Made by a program: the position numbers and the translations under genes | Notes under the pieces: generated by a model | Told to the model about the DNA's origin: nothing | Database searches by the model: none | Seen by the model: the letters and a program-made list of their open reading frames with translations, nothing else | Shown: positions 18,415-26,398 of the stretch, piece by piece | Numbering within the stretch: position 1 is the stretch's first letter | Layout of the letters: each line of letters opens with the position of its first letter | From: Candidatus Fermentibacteraceae bacterium | GTDB taxonomy: Bacteria; Fermentibacterota; Fermentibacteria; Fermentibacterales; JCC-6 | Direction of reading: 5' to 3' | NCBI GenBank assembly: GCA_041686025.1 | Contig: JAWLEP010000005.1 | Coordinates: 58,513 to 87,003 of the forward strand | DNA: 28,491 bases

Positions 18415-20472
18415 TCAGACGTCTTCCTCGTCGCCGTGCCAGACGTTGCCGCCCAGATGGCTCTGGGCCACGTTGGTGAGATGGTCGCCCACCCGTTCGC
18501 AGTTGTCCACGTAGTCCAGCACCGCCAGCCCGGTGAGATCGCCGTGGCCGGTGGAGCAGATGGCCTGGCTGTAGAAGCTGCGGGCCTCCTCCTCCAGCCT
18601 GTCCAGGCTGGCCTCCACGGACATTATCGCCTCCGCGGTACGGCGCTGGCCCTTCTCCAGCAGTTCCTCGGTGAGGTCCAGCATGCGCCTCAGGTGCCGG
18701 CCGGTCCGGGTGGCGATGGAGAACAACTCCCCGATGTCGCTTATCTCGGCTTCACCCTTTCTGCCGGCCGCCTCCACTATGTTCACCGCGTAGTCCGAAA
18801 CCCTCTCCAGGTCGTTGATGGAGTGCAGCATCACCGGCAGCTTCAGCGACGCTTCCGTACCCAGGTCTCTCTGAAACAGCTTGGACGCGTATACGGTAAG
18901 GTCCCTCTGCATCAGGTCGACTCGGTCCTCCAGCTCCATCACCCGGGCCGGGTCCCCCTTCCTGTCCAGGAAGATGGCCAGCGCCTCCCTGACTGCCTCG
19001 CCTGCCGTCCGGGCCATCTCCAGGGTGTGGCGGCTGATCTCGTCCATGGCTATGGCGGGGGAGTCCAGGATGTTCTCGTCGAGCTCCAGGGAGAACGCGG
19101 TCTCCCTGGGCTTTTGCCGGCCCGCCGGTATGACCCAGCGGGAGATCCTGGTAAGGGCCGGGACAAAGGGTATGAAGATGATGGCGTTGAAGATGTTGAA
19201 TATGGAGTGGGCGTTGGCCACCTGCCTCATGGGATCTGAGGAGGTTCCTCTGAAGAACTCGAGAAGGCCTCCGAAGTTCGCCACCGCCAGCCCGAAGTAT
19301 AGGGCGCCTATCACGTTGAACAGCGTATGGGCCATTGCAGTCTGCTTGGCCGACCGGCCGCTTCCGATGGCGGCCAGCTGGGCGGTCACCGTGGTGCCGA
19401 TGTTGTCACCCAGGACGAGGAAAACCGCTCCCTGCAGCGAGATCAGACCGGAGCCGGCCAGGGTCATGGTCAGTCCCACGGTGGCGCTGGAGCTCTGCAC
19501 GGCCATGGTGACCAGGGTTCCGGCCAGTACCGCAAGCAGCGGGTTGTCGCTGAAGGTGGTGAAGAAGGTCCGCACCGCCACGCTGGTCCGCAGCGGGGTC
19601 ATGACCTGCTTCATTATGGTCATTCCCAGGAAAACGAGTCCCAGGCCCAGAAGCACCCGGCCCCAGAACTGCCGCCGCCGGTTCTTGCTGAAGGCCATGA
19701 AGGCGAAGCCGATGGCCACCATGGGGTAGGCGTAGCTGGTGATCTTGAAGGCGATCAGCTGGCCGGTGATGGTGGTTCCGATGTTGGCGCCAATGATGAC
19801 GCCCACCGCCTGCCGCAGGGCCATGAGACCGCTGTTGACGAAGCTCAGCGTAATGACGCTGGTGGCGCTGGAGCTCTGTATGGCTGCGGTAACCAGGGCG
19901 CCGGCCGCTATCCCCATGACCCGGTTGTCGGTGAGCTTCCTCAGCACCACACGCATCTTGTCCCCGGCAACCCGCTGCAGGGAGTCCGACATCATCTTCA
20001 TTCCCAGCAGGAATACCGCCAGCCCGCCCAGCAGCTGAAAGATTATGGACCTGAGATCCACGGCCAGGCAGGCGGCCTCCATGTAGCGCTCTTCCTCGCC
20101 GGGCAGTCTTATCTCCAGCTCCACGTCGGTATCGCCCATGCTCTCCGAGAGCATGAGCCCCGACCTGGCCACCCCCTCCTCGTCGGTATAGACCAGCAAT
20201 CGGTGGATCTCTCCGGAGGGTTCCTGCTCCAGGGAGACGCTCTCCGAGCCTTCCAGGGGAAGGAGCACGCCGTTGCCCGGGCGCACCCGCATCACCACGC
20301 CGACGCCCTCTAACGGCTCGCCGGTGAGGGAGTCCCTCACCACAACCGATATGGGTTCGTCCAGCGTGGAGCCGATGCGGCCGTGCTGGCCGCTGCCCTG
20401 CAGCTCGATGCTGTAAGGGCCGGCCCACACCGCGGCCGAAGCCAGCAGCAGGACAAGTGCCGTTCTGAGCAA
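18415..20472 (-). CDS. Na/Pi cotransporter family protein with signal peptide, N-terminal Ig-like domain and C-terminal PhoU-like domain
   Basis: Two QSSSAT repeats, GANIGTT and GDNIGTT, DLERVSD and NCERVGDH. TTG at 20472 after GGGAGGA gives the signal peptide MLRTALVLLLASAAVWA. Confidence 0.92.
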   Translation of the reverse strand: MLRTALVLLLASAAVWAGPYSIELQGSGQHGRIGSTLDEPISVVVRDSLTGEPLEGVGVVMRVRPGNGVLLPLEGSESVSLEQEPSGEIHRLLVYTDEEGVARSGLMLSESMGDTDVELEIRLPGEEERYMEAACLAVDLRSIIFQLLGGLAVFLLGMKMMSDSLQRVAGDKMRVVLRKLTDNRVMGIAAGALVTAAIQSSSATSVITLSFVNSGLMALRQAVGVIIGANIGTTITGQLIAFKITSYAYPMVAIGFAFMAFSKNRRRQFWGRVLLGLGLVFLGMTIMKQVMTPLRTSVAVRTFFTTFSDNPLLAVLAGTLVTMAVQSSSATVGLTMTLAGSGLISLQGAVFLVLGDNIGTTVTAQLAAIGSGRSAKQTAMAHTLFNVIGALYFGLAVANFGGLLEFFRGTSSDPMRQVANAHSIFNIFNAIIFIPFVPALTRISRWVIPAGRQKPRETAFSLELDENILDSPAIAMDEISRHTLEMARTAGEAVREALAIFLDRKGDPARVMELEDRVDLMQRDLTVYASKLFQRDLGTEASLKLPVMLHSINDLERVSDYAVNIVEAAGRKGEAEISDIGELFSIATRTGRHLRRMLDLTEELLEKGQRRTAEAIMSVEASLDRLEEEARSFYSQAICSTGHGDLTGLAVLDYVDNCERVGDHLTNVAQSHLGGNVWHGDEEDV

Positions 20473-20578
20473 GGTTCCTCCCGTATCAGCCCAATGATCA
20501 GGGGAGCCGTAAATATACACGCGGCCCGCCGGGTGCGCCAGCCAGTTCCCCCCAGGTACCACCCTTTCGAGGGATATC

Positions 20579-20614
20579 CCTACCTGGTCACCGTTCAATT
20601 CAAGTGCCTGGCAC
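20579..20614. repeat. Right inverted repeat copy
   Basis: CCTACC-TGGT-CACCGTTCAATTCAAGTGCCTGGCAC; matches the reverse complement of 18339-18374 at 33 of 36 positions. Confidence 0.9.
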
Positions 20615-20645
20615 CAGGGGGGGCGGGGGCATTATCTTTGCGGCT

Positions 20646-21542
20646 ATGGAGAAGACAATGGCTCTGCTGGAGACGATGCGGCCGCGGTCGTGGACCAAGA
20701 ACCTCTTCGTCTTCGCCGGAATACTGTTCGGGAGGGTCTGGGAGATCCGGGCCCTGGCCGTGATGGCCCTGGCCACCCTGGGGTTCTGCCTGGTCTCCAG
20801 CTCCATATACCTTCTGAACGACGTGGCGGACCGGGAGGCCGACCGGCGGCACCCGGAGAAGCGCAACAGACCAGTCGCCTCGGGAAGGCTGAGCCCGGCG
20901 GCCGCCGTCTCCTGGGCCCTGCTGCTGGGTCTGGGCACCGCCGCTGTGGCCTGGGTGGTGGCTCCGGCATACGCAGTGGTGATCACCGCCTACCTGCTGC
21001 TGCAGGCCGGCTACTCGGCGGGCCTGAAGCACGTGGTCATACTGGACGCCCTGATCATAGCCATGGGCTTCGTCCTGCGGGCTCTGGCGGGTGTCGAAGC
21101 CGGACTGGAAGCCGGCTACGACCTGAGCATATCACCGTGGCTGGTTATCTGCACCTTCTTCCTGGCGGTATTCCTGGCGTTCTCCAAGAGAAGGGCGGAG
21201 GTTCTCACGCTGGGGGACGGGGCCGAGGGCCACAGGAAGAACCTGGCCCAGTACAGCCCCCAGCTGCTGGACCAGATGATAAGCATCGCCACCGCCTCCA
21301 GCCTCATGGGCTACTCCATCTACACGGTGAGCGACCGCACCGCCAGCGAGGTCTCGGGCATGCTCTGGGTGACCATTCCCTTCGTGGCGTACGGCATATT
21401 CCGCTACCAGTACCTGGTGCACACCCACGGAATGGGGGGCTCGCCGGACAGGGCCCTGCTCCGGGACAAGCCGCTGCTGATAAACGTCCTGCTCTGGATT
21501 GCCGCCGTGATCGCCGTCCTGGCGGTCTTTCCAGCCGGCTGA
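20646..21542 (+). CDS. UbiA-family prenyltransferase, decaprenyl-phosphate phosphoribosyltransferase-like
   Basis: RPRSWTKN, YLLNDVADREADRRHPEKRNRPVASG, YSAGLKH, KRRAE, YGIFRY. Alternative start at 20658 with a GGAG SD. Confidence 0.88.
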   Translation: MEKTMALLETMRPRSWTKNLFVFAGILFGRVWEIRALAVMALATLGFCLVSSSIYLLNDVADREADRRHPEKRNRPVASGRLSPAAAVSWALLLGLGTAAVAWVVAPAYAVVITAYLLLQAGYSAGLKHVVILDALIIAMGFVLRALAGVEAGLEAGYDLSISPWLVICTFFLAVFLAFSKRRAEVLTLGDGAEGHRKNLAQYSPQLLDQMISIATASSLMGYSIYTVSDRTASEVSGMLWVTIPFVAYGIFRYQYLVHTHGMGGSPDRALLRDKPLLINVLLWIAAVIAVLAVFPAG

Positions 21543-21545
21543 CCG

Positions 21546-22442
21546 GTGTCCGGTACCTCATCGGTGGTTCTTAAGGCCCCGGCCAAGCTCAACCTCGGCC
21601 TGCGCGTCCTGGGCAGAAGGCCCGACGGATTCCATGCCATCCGCAGCCTTTTCCACACCGTATCCCTGCACGACCGCCTGGAGGTCTCGGCGCTGCCGGA
21701 AGGAGAGGGCATCAGCCTTTCACTCACCGGTGACACCTCGGTACCTTCCGGAGCGGACAACATAGCCTGGCAGGCGGCTCACAGATTCCTGAAGACCCTG
21801 GAGGGAAAGCTGCGGGTGGACATACGGCTGGAGAAGCGGATACCGGCTGCCGCCGGCCTGGGGGGCGGCAGCAGCGACGCCGCGGCGGTTCTGCGGGCTC
21901 TGCGGAGGATAACCGGCCGGGACCCCGGGCTCCGCTCGCTGGCCGCCGGGCTGGGCAGCGATGTCCCCTTCTTCCTGGAGGGGGGCGCGGCCCTGGTAAC
22001 CGGCAGGGGCGAGGAGATCGAACCCGTCTCCCCCCTGCGGTTTCATGCGGTGCTCATCCATCCCCGGATCAGCGTTTCCACCTCCTGGGCCTACCGGGAG
22101 CTGGACCGCGTGAGGGAAACCTTGACAAATCCTTGCAAAGACAACAATTATTGTGCCCCGGCAGAGGAACGGCATGAGGGTAAGCCTTTCCCCATCCAGC
22201 TGGACAACGACTTCCTGCCGCTGCTCGTGCGGGAGTACGGGCAGCTGAGGGCCCTTGCGGACTTCCTGGAAGCTGGCTGTCAGAGCTGGGGTCTATCGGG
22301 TTCCGGTCCCACCTTCTACGCGCTCTTCGAGAGCTCGGAGGAGGCGCGGGGCTTCGCCTGCGAGGTGAGGGCCTACGCGGAGGGCCGCCCGGAAGATCTG
22401 GGTTGTACCGTGTGTGAATCGGCTGATTCTGCTGGGGCGTAG
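21546..22442 (+). CDS. ispE: 4-diphosphocytidyl-2-C-methyl-D-erythritol kinase
   Basis: APAKLNLGL, KRIPAAAGLGGGSSDAA, GSDVPFF, LSGSGPT. Confidence 0.95.
   Translation: MSGTSSVVLKAPAKLNLGLRVLGRRPDGFHAIRSLFHTVSLHDRLEVSALPEGEGISLSLTGDTSVPSGADNIAWQAAHRFLKTLEGKLRVDIRLEKRIPAAAGLGGGSSDAAAVLRALRRITGRDPGLRSLAAGLGSDVPFFLEGGAALVTGRGEEIEPVSPLRFHAVLIHPRISVSTSWAYRELDRVRETLTNPCKDNNYCAPAEERHEGKPFPIQLDNDFLPLLVREYGQLRALADFLEAGCQSWGLSGSGPTFYALFESSEEARGFACEVRAYAEGRPEDLGCTVCESADSAGA
22122..22151 (+). promoter_or_regulatory. Putative promoter inside ispE for tRNA-Gln-rplY-pth
   Basis: Perfect TTGACA at 22122-22127 with a weak -10 (AATTAT, 18-nt spacer), in an AT-rich island within a GC-rich CDS. Confidence 0.45.
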
Positions 22443-22508
22443 TCAAATTGGTAAGACACAGGATTTTGGTTCCTGCATTTGGAGGTTCGAGTCCTCCCGC
22501 CCCAGCCA
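22433..22508 (+). tRNA. tRNA-Gln(TTG)
   Basis: Acceptor stem TGGGGCG/CGCCCCA, anticodon arm CAGGA-TT-TTG-GT-TCCTG, T arm GGAGGTTCGAGTCCTCC, encoded CCA; 76 nt. Confidence 0.97.
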
Positions 22509-22527
22509 CTCCGGAAAGGATATAGTA

Positions 22528-23205
22528 ATGCCACAGAAACTGAACGTGAGCCGAAGGACGCGGTTCGGCTCCAGAGTCTCCAGGCGGCTGCGCCGTCAGG
22601 GCTCCGTCCCTGCGGTGATGTACGGCAGGGGCGGCGACGAGATGAACCTGACCGTGGACCGCAAGGAGTTCATGGACGAGATCGGATACACCCGGGCCAT
22701 CAGCATGATCCAGCTGGACCTGGACGGCGAGGTGTCCACCGCCATCGTCAAGGACATCCAGTGGGACGTGCTCACCGACCGGCCCGTGCACATCGACTTT
22801 CTCAGGGTCTCCCCCGACCAGATCGTCACGGTCCCGGTGCCCGTGCACCTCATGGGCAAGCCCGAGGGCGTGAACATGGGCGGGGTCCTCGAGCAGGTAC
22901 TCAACGAGATCGAGGTCTCCGTAAGGGCCTCCGCCATTCCCGCCAAGGTGGAGGTGGACGTCACCGGCCTGCTGCTTGCCGACTCCCTCCATGTGGAGGA
23001 CCTCGAGCTGGATGAAGGGGTCACTCCCCAGACGCCCCTCACCAGCGTGGTGGCCACCGTGGTGGCTCCTACCGAGGTCGTCGAGGAAGAGGAGGAGGAA
23101 GAGGAGGAGCTCCTCGAGGGCGAGGAGCTGCCCGAGGGCGAAGAGCCCGTCGAGGGAGAAGAGGGCGAAGAGCCCGCCGAGGAGGAAGAGAAGGCGGAAG
23201 AGTAG
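22528..23205 (+). CDS. rplY: 50S ribosomal protein L25/Ctc
   Basis: SRRLRRQGSVPAVMYG, HIDFLRV, GGVLEQ, acidic tail; AAAGGA SD. Confidence 0.95.
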   Translation: MPQKLNVSRRTRFGSRVSRRLRRQGSVPAVMYGRGGDEMNLTVDRKEFMDEIGYTRAISMIQLDLDGEVSTAIVKDIQWDVLTDRPVHIDFLRVSPDQIVTVPVPVHLMGKPEGVNMGGVLEQVLNEIEVSVRASAIPAKVEVDVTGLLLADSLHVEDLELDEGVTPQTPLTSVVATVVAPTEVVEEEEEEEEELLEGEELPEGEEPVEGEEGEEPAEEEEKAEE

Positions 23206-23208
23206 CCC

Positions 23209-23790
23209 GTGGGTACTCCCCGGCTGGTGGCCTGCCTTGGCAACCCCGGGCTCCGCTACAGCCTCACCAGACACAACGCCGGCTTCTGGGCGGGGGACGT
23301 CCTCGCCCGGAGGCACGGCCTCTCATGGGACGACGCCGGTCTGTTCTCCGTGGCCCATCTGAGCCGGGAAACCCTCCTGATGAAGCCCCTTAACTTCATG
23401 AACCGCAGCGGCAGGAGCGTATCCGCCCTCATGGACAGCCAGGGGATCGAACCGGCCGAGATACTGGTGGTCTCCGACGACGTGAACCTGGAGCTGGGAA
23501 GGCTGCGTCTGAAGACCAGCGGCTCCCACGGCGGCCACAACGGTCTGCGCAGCGTCATACGCCAGCTGGGCACCAGCGACTTCCCCCGGCTGCGCATGGG
23601 GGTCGGCCCGCCCCCCCCGGTTGCGGACCTGGCCGAGTTCGTCCTGGAGAGGCTGCCCCGGGAGCTGGAGGAGGAGGCCGCCATCATGGCTCACAGGGCG
23701 GCGGACTGCGTGGAGAGCATTCTGGAGAGCGGCTACAACACCGCCCAGACCGAGTACAACAGGTGGGATGCGGGAGACGCCCCTCTCTGA
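23209..23790 (+). CDS. pth: Peptidyl-tRNA hydrolase
   Basis: LGNPG..Y..TRHNAGF, KPLNFMNRSG, GGHNGLRS, RLRMGVG. Confidence 0.96.
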   Translation: MGTPRLVACLGNPGLRYSLTRHNAGFWAGDVLARRHGLSWDDAGLFSVAHLSRETLLMKPLNFMNRSGRSVSALMDSQGIEPAEILVVSDDVNLELGRLRLKTSGSHGGHNGLRSVIRQLGTSDFPRLRMGVGPPPPVADLAEFVLERLPRELEEEAAIMAHRAADCVESILESGYNTAQTEYNRWDAGDAPL

Positions 23791-23802
23791 GGCGCCTCCC
23801 GC
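23770..23802. terminator. GC-rich hairpin between convergent genes, possible terminator or 3' stabiliser
   Basis: GCGGGAGACGCC / GGCGCCTCCCGC. The single mismatch is a G-U pair on the minus strand. No U-tract. Confidence 0.35.
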
Positions 23803-23812
23803 GGGTAGTGGC

Positions 23813-25492
23813 TTACTGCGGCTGCGGGCCTTCCTGACCCGCCATCATCACGATGTTCATCACGAAGGACACTACCTCGCTGCCATCGACGGATGACTCG
23901 CAGACAGTCCGTCCCTCCTGCATGTCGGCCCCGGCATTCACCCACAGCGGGGTTCCGGACATGGCCTCCGCGACCTCCGGAGGGATGTCCGAGGACTCCG
24001 GGGAAAGGGCCATGATGGCGCCCATGTAGGCGCCCACGTTCATGGCGAAGGCCATCTCGTAGTCCGCGGTGTAGTCAAGCCTTCCCGAGCCGGCTATGGT
24101 CACGCCGTCCCAGGCCCCGTCCAGCAGCTGCGGCAGTACCACGGGCTCGGGGGCGCTCTCCATGTAGAGGTACCCGTCCTGCAGCGTGAGCCAGAAGGTC
24201 ATGGAGAACTCCATTCCGCCCTCCTCGGGGGCGGGCATGGCCACGTTCTCGCCGTAGGTCAGGTACTCCCGGCCGTCGATCTCGACGATCTCGGGCTCGG
24301 TGAGCTCCACCGGCATTCCCTCCAGCATCGACGAGGCGAAGCTCACCATGGAGGCGACTCCCTCTCCGATTTCCTCAAGCGTCTCCTCGGTGCCCACGTG
24401 GTAGACCGCTACCATGTGGAACGGGTTTCCCTCCGAGGGCGCCATCATGCTGAAGGCGCTGCTGGTGGAGAAGGCCTCTGCGACTGCCATGACTGCGCTG
24501 TCGGCCTCCAGGCCGAGCCCCTCGGCGAACGCGCGGGTTACCTCCCTGCCCAGCTCGGGGTTCATGTCGGCGCGGGCCACCATGACCTCCCCCGCGGGAA
24601 TCATGTCCGAGAGGTCCTCGACCTCCACCGGCGCCATCAGCCGCTCCAGGTCCGAACCCGGCACGAACTCGGCCACCATGCGGGATGTGGTCTTCTCCGG
24701 GCCCAGGGTCATGTACCACTCAACGGAGCTGGTCTGCTCCAGTATGAGCCCGAAGGCATCGAAGTAGAGGCCGAGCATGTCCCTGACGGCCTGGGGCGGC
24801 CCTTCCTCGCTCTGCTCCATGCCCGCCATCACCTGCTGACGGATCATGGGCATCTGCGCGGACAGGATGGGGGCTACAGCGGCCAGGTCCATGCCCATGT
24901 AGACGGAGGCCGGCTCCAGGTCCGGAATGGGGCTGGAGGCCCTGGTGGAATCCAGCAGGCCCACCATCTCCGAAAGGCCGGGGCGGCTGACGGCTCCCAG
25001 GAGCACTCCCCGCTTCACGGCCATCTGCATCTGGAATCCGCCCCCCAGCCCAACGGTCTTCACGGCCTGGTCGTCAAGGGGCTCGCCGTCCTGCAGCTGC
25101 AGGCCCAGCTCCTCCATGTTGGTCCAGACGGCTGTCTCGTCGGTCACTCCCACAACCAGGCCGAAGCTGTTGCCCATGCCCTTCTGGAAGACGATCAGCC
25201 TCCCGTGGGGATCCAGCCCGTAGCGGGTGGAGACCTCGTCGAAGCTGGCGCAGTCCAGGGCCTCCAGGACCCACTCGGATGCAACGCCCTCCCCCAGGGC
25301 AGGTGCCCCTTCGGCCATATAGGCGTCAACCTGCCCGAGAATAGCGGCGGGATCCTCCAGGGCCAGGTACATCATAGCTCCGTCGGGGACGGCCTCGGCG
25401 GGGTCCGCGGGGCCGGTCTCCGCCGGCCCCTGGCCTCCGCAGGCCGAGAGCGCCAGCAGGGCCGTCGCCGTTGCCAGTAACAAATACCTCAT
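23813..25492 (-). CDS. Large hypothetical lipoprotein (559 aa)
   Basis: ATG at 25492 after AAGGAGGAG; lipobox LSAC; long acidic ORF with GC-rich third codon positions. Confidence 0.8.
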   Translation of the reverse strand: MRYLLLATATALLALSACGGQGPAETGPADPAEAVPDGAMMYLALEDPAAILGQVDAYMAEGAPALGEGVASEWVLEALDCASFDEVSTRYGLDPHGRLIVFQKGMGNSFGLVVGVTDETAVWTNMEELGLQLQDGEPLDDQAVKTVGLGGGFQMQMAVKRGVLLGAVSRPGLSEMVGLLDSTRASSPIPDLEPASVYMGMDLAAVAPILSAQMPMIRQQVMAGMEQSEEGPPQAVRDMLGLYFDAFGLILEQTSSVEWYMTLGPEKTTSRMVAEFVPGSDLERLMAPVEVEDLSDMIPAGEVMVARADMNPELGREVTRAFAEGLGLEADSAVMAVAEAFSTSSAFSMMAPSEGNPFHMVAVYHVGTEETLEEIGEGVASMVSFASSMLEGMPVELTEPEIVEIDGREYLTYGENVAMPAPEEGGMEFSMTFWLTLQDGYLYMESAPEPVVLPQLLDGAWDGVTIAGSGRLDYTADYEMAFAMNVGAYMGAIMALSPESSDIPPEVAEAMSGTPLWVNAGADMQEGRTVCESSVDGSEVVSFVMNIVMMAGQEGPQPQ

Positions 25493-25565
25493 TCTGCTCC
25501 TCCTTCCGTGAGTACAGATCGGGCTAGAGTTCATTACAATATATACACAAAAGCGCGATCCGCCT

Positions 25566-25594
25566 TTGTCAAATACCTCGCATGTGCTTACATT
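25566..25594 (+). promoter_or_regulatory. Putative sigma70 promoter giving a leaderless exonuclease-murA transcript
   Basis: TTGTCA-N17-TACATT-N6-ATG with no SD. Confidence 0.55.
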
Positions 25595-25600
25595 AGCCTT

Positions 25601-26398
25601 ATGGATGATGGATTCGATCTTTTCGCCGCCGCCGATGAGGCGGAGCTCTCCATAGTCTTCCTGGACACCGAGACCACCGGCTCGGATCCGGAGAAGGACC
25701 ACATCTGCGAGCTGGCCATGATCAGGACCTCCTACAACGGCCTCTCCCGGGTATCCGAGACCGACAGGCTTTCCACACTTGTCAAGCCGCCGCTTCCCAT
25801 ACCCCCGGAGGCCTCCGCCGTCCATCACATAACCGACCGGATGGTGGAAGATGCTCCCGCTGCGTCCGAGCTGGCAGGGAGGGTGTCGGAGTTCGTGGAG
25901 GGGGCCGAGCTCATCTGTGCCCACAACCTGCCCTTCGATCTCACTCTTCTGCGCAGGACCTATCCGAGCATCTTCGAGTCCTTCCGCGAGCCCACCTGGC
26001 TCGACTCTCTGCGGCTTTCGCGCCATGTGTGGCCGGCCATTCCTTCCCACGCTCTGCAGGCCCTCAGATACCGCTTCGAGCTGGACAGGGGGCTGTCCGG
26101 AGACGCCCACAGGGCCAGCTTCGACACCGAGCTGACCCGGGCCCTGGTGGAGAGGATCGCATCCGAAGAGCTGGAGGGCATGACCTCATGGCGAGAGGTG
26201 GCCGAGCTGGCCCGCTCCCCCCTGGAGGTGCAGGTCTTCTACTTCGGCAAGTACCGGGGCAACCTGGTGGAGGACATCGTGGTGCGGGACGCAGACTACG
26301 TCCGCTGGCTGCTCTCCCAGGACTGGCTGCCCAGGGAGTACCCCGACCTCTACCACACCCTGCTGCGCAAGAGCGGCGCCGGGAAAAGCGACAGGTGA
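25601..26398 (+). CDS. DEDDh 3'-5' exonuclease (ExoX/DnaQ-like) with C-terminal DUF3820-like domain
   Basis: FLDTETTG, AHNLPFD, AHRASFD; C-terminal FGKYRG...YVRWLL. Confidence 0.9.
   Translation: MDDGFDLFAAADEAELSIVFLDTETTGSDPEKDHICELAMIRTSYNGLSRVSETDRLSTLVKPPLPIPPEASAVHHITDRMVEDAPAASELAGRVSEFVEGAELICAHNLPFDLTLLRRTYPSIFESFREPTWLDSLRLSRHVWPAIPSHALQALRYRFELDRGLSGDAHRASFDTELTRALVERIASEELEGMTSWREVAELARSPLEVQVFYFGKYRGNLVEDIVVRDADYVRWLLSQDWLPREYPDLYHTLLRKSGAGKSDR

Noticed and set aside
1324..20313. Many long plus-strand ORFs (e.g. 4848-6125, 6703-8130, 13388-14845, 18241-19239)
   Set aside because: They are antisense shadows of well-supported minus-strand genes, expected at high GC, and show no recognisable motifs.
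18339..20614. CRISPR repeat, autonomous IS or sigma54 promoter reading of the 26-bp repeat
   Set aside because: There are only two inverted copies and no spacers, cas genes or transposase. TGGCAC is not followed by a TTGC -12 box.
22433..22527. tRNA-Gln as an integration site
   Set aside because: No integrase, no duplicated tRNA 3' end and no foreign-looking DNA follows; rplY starts 19 nt later.
23083..23202. GAG/GAA-rich low-complexity repeats
   Set aside because: They encode the ordinary acidic tail of L25/Ctc and are not a separate repeat element.
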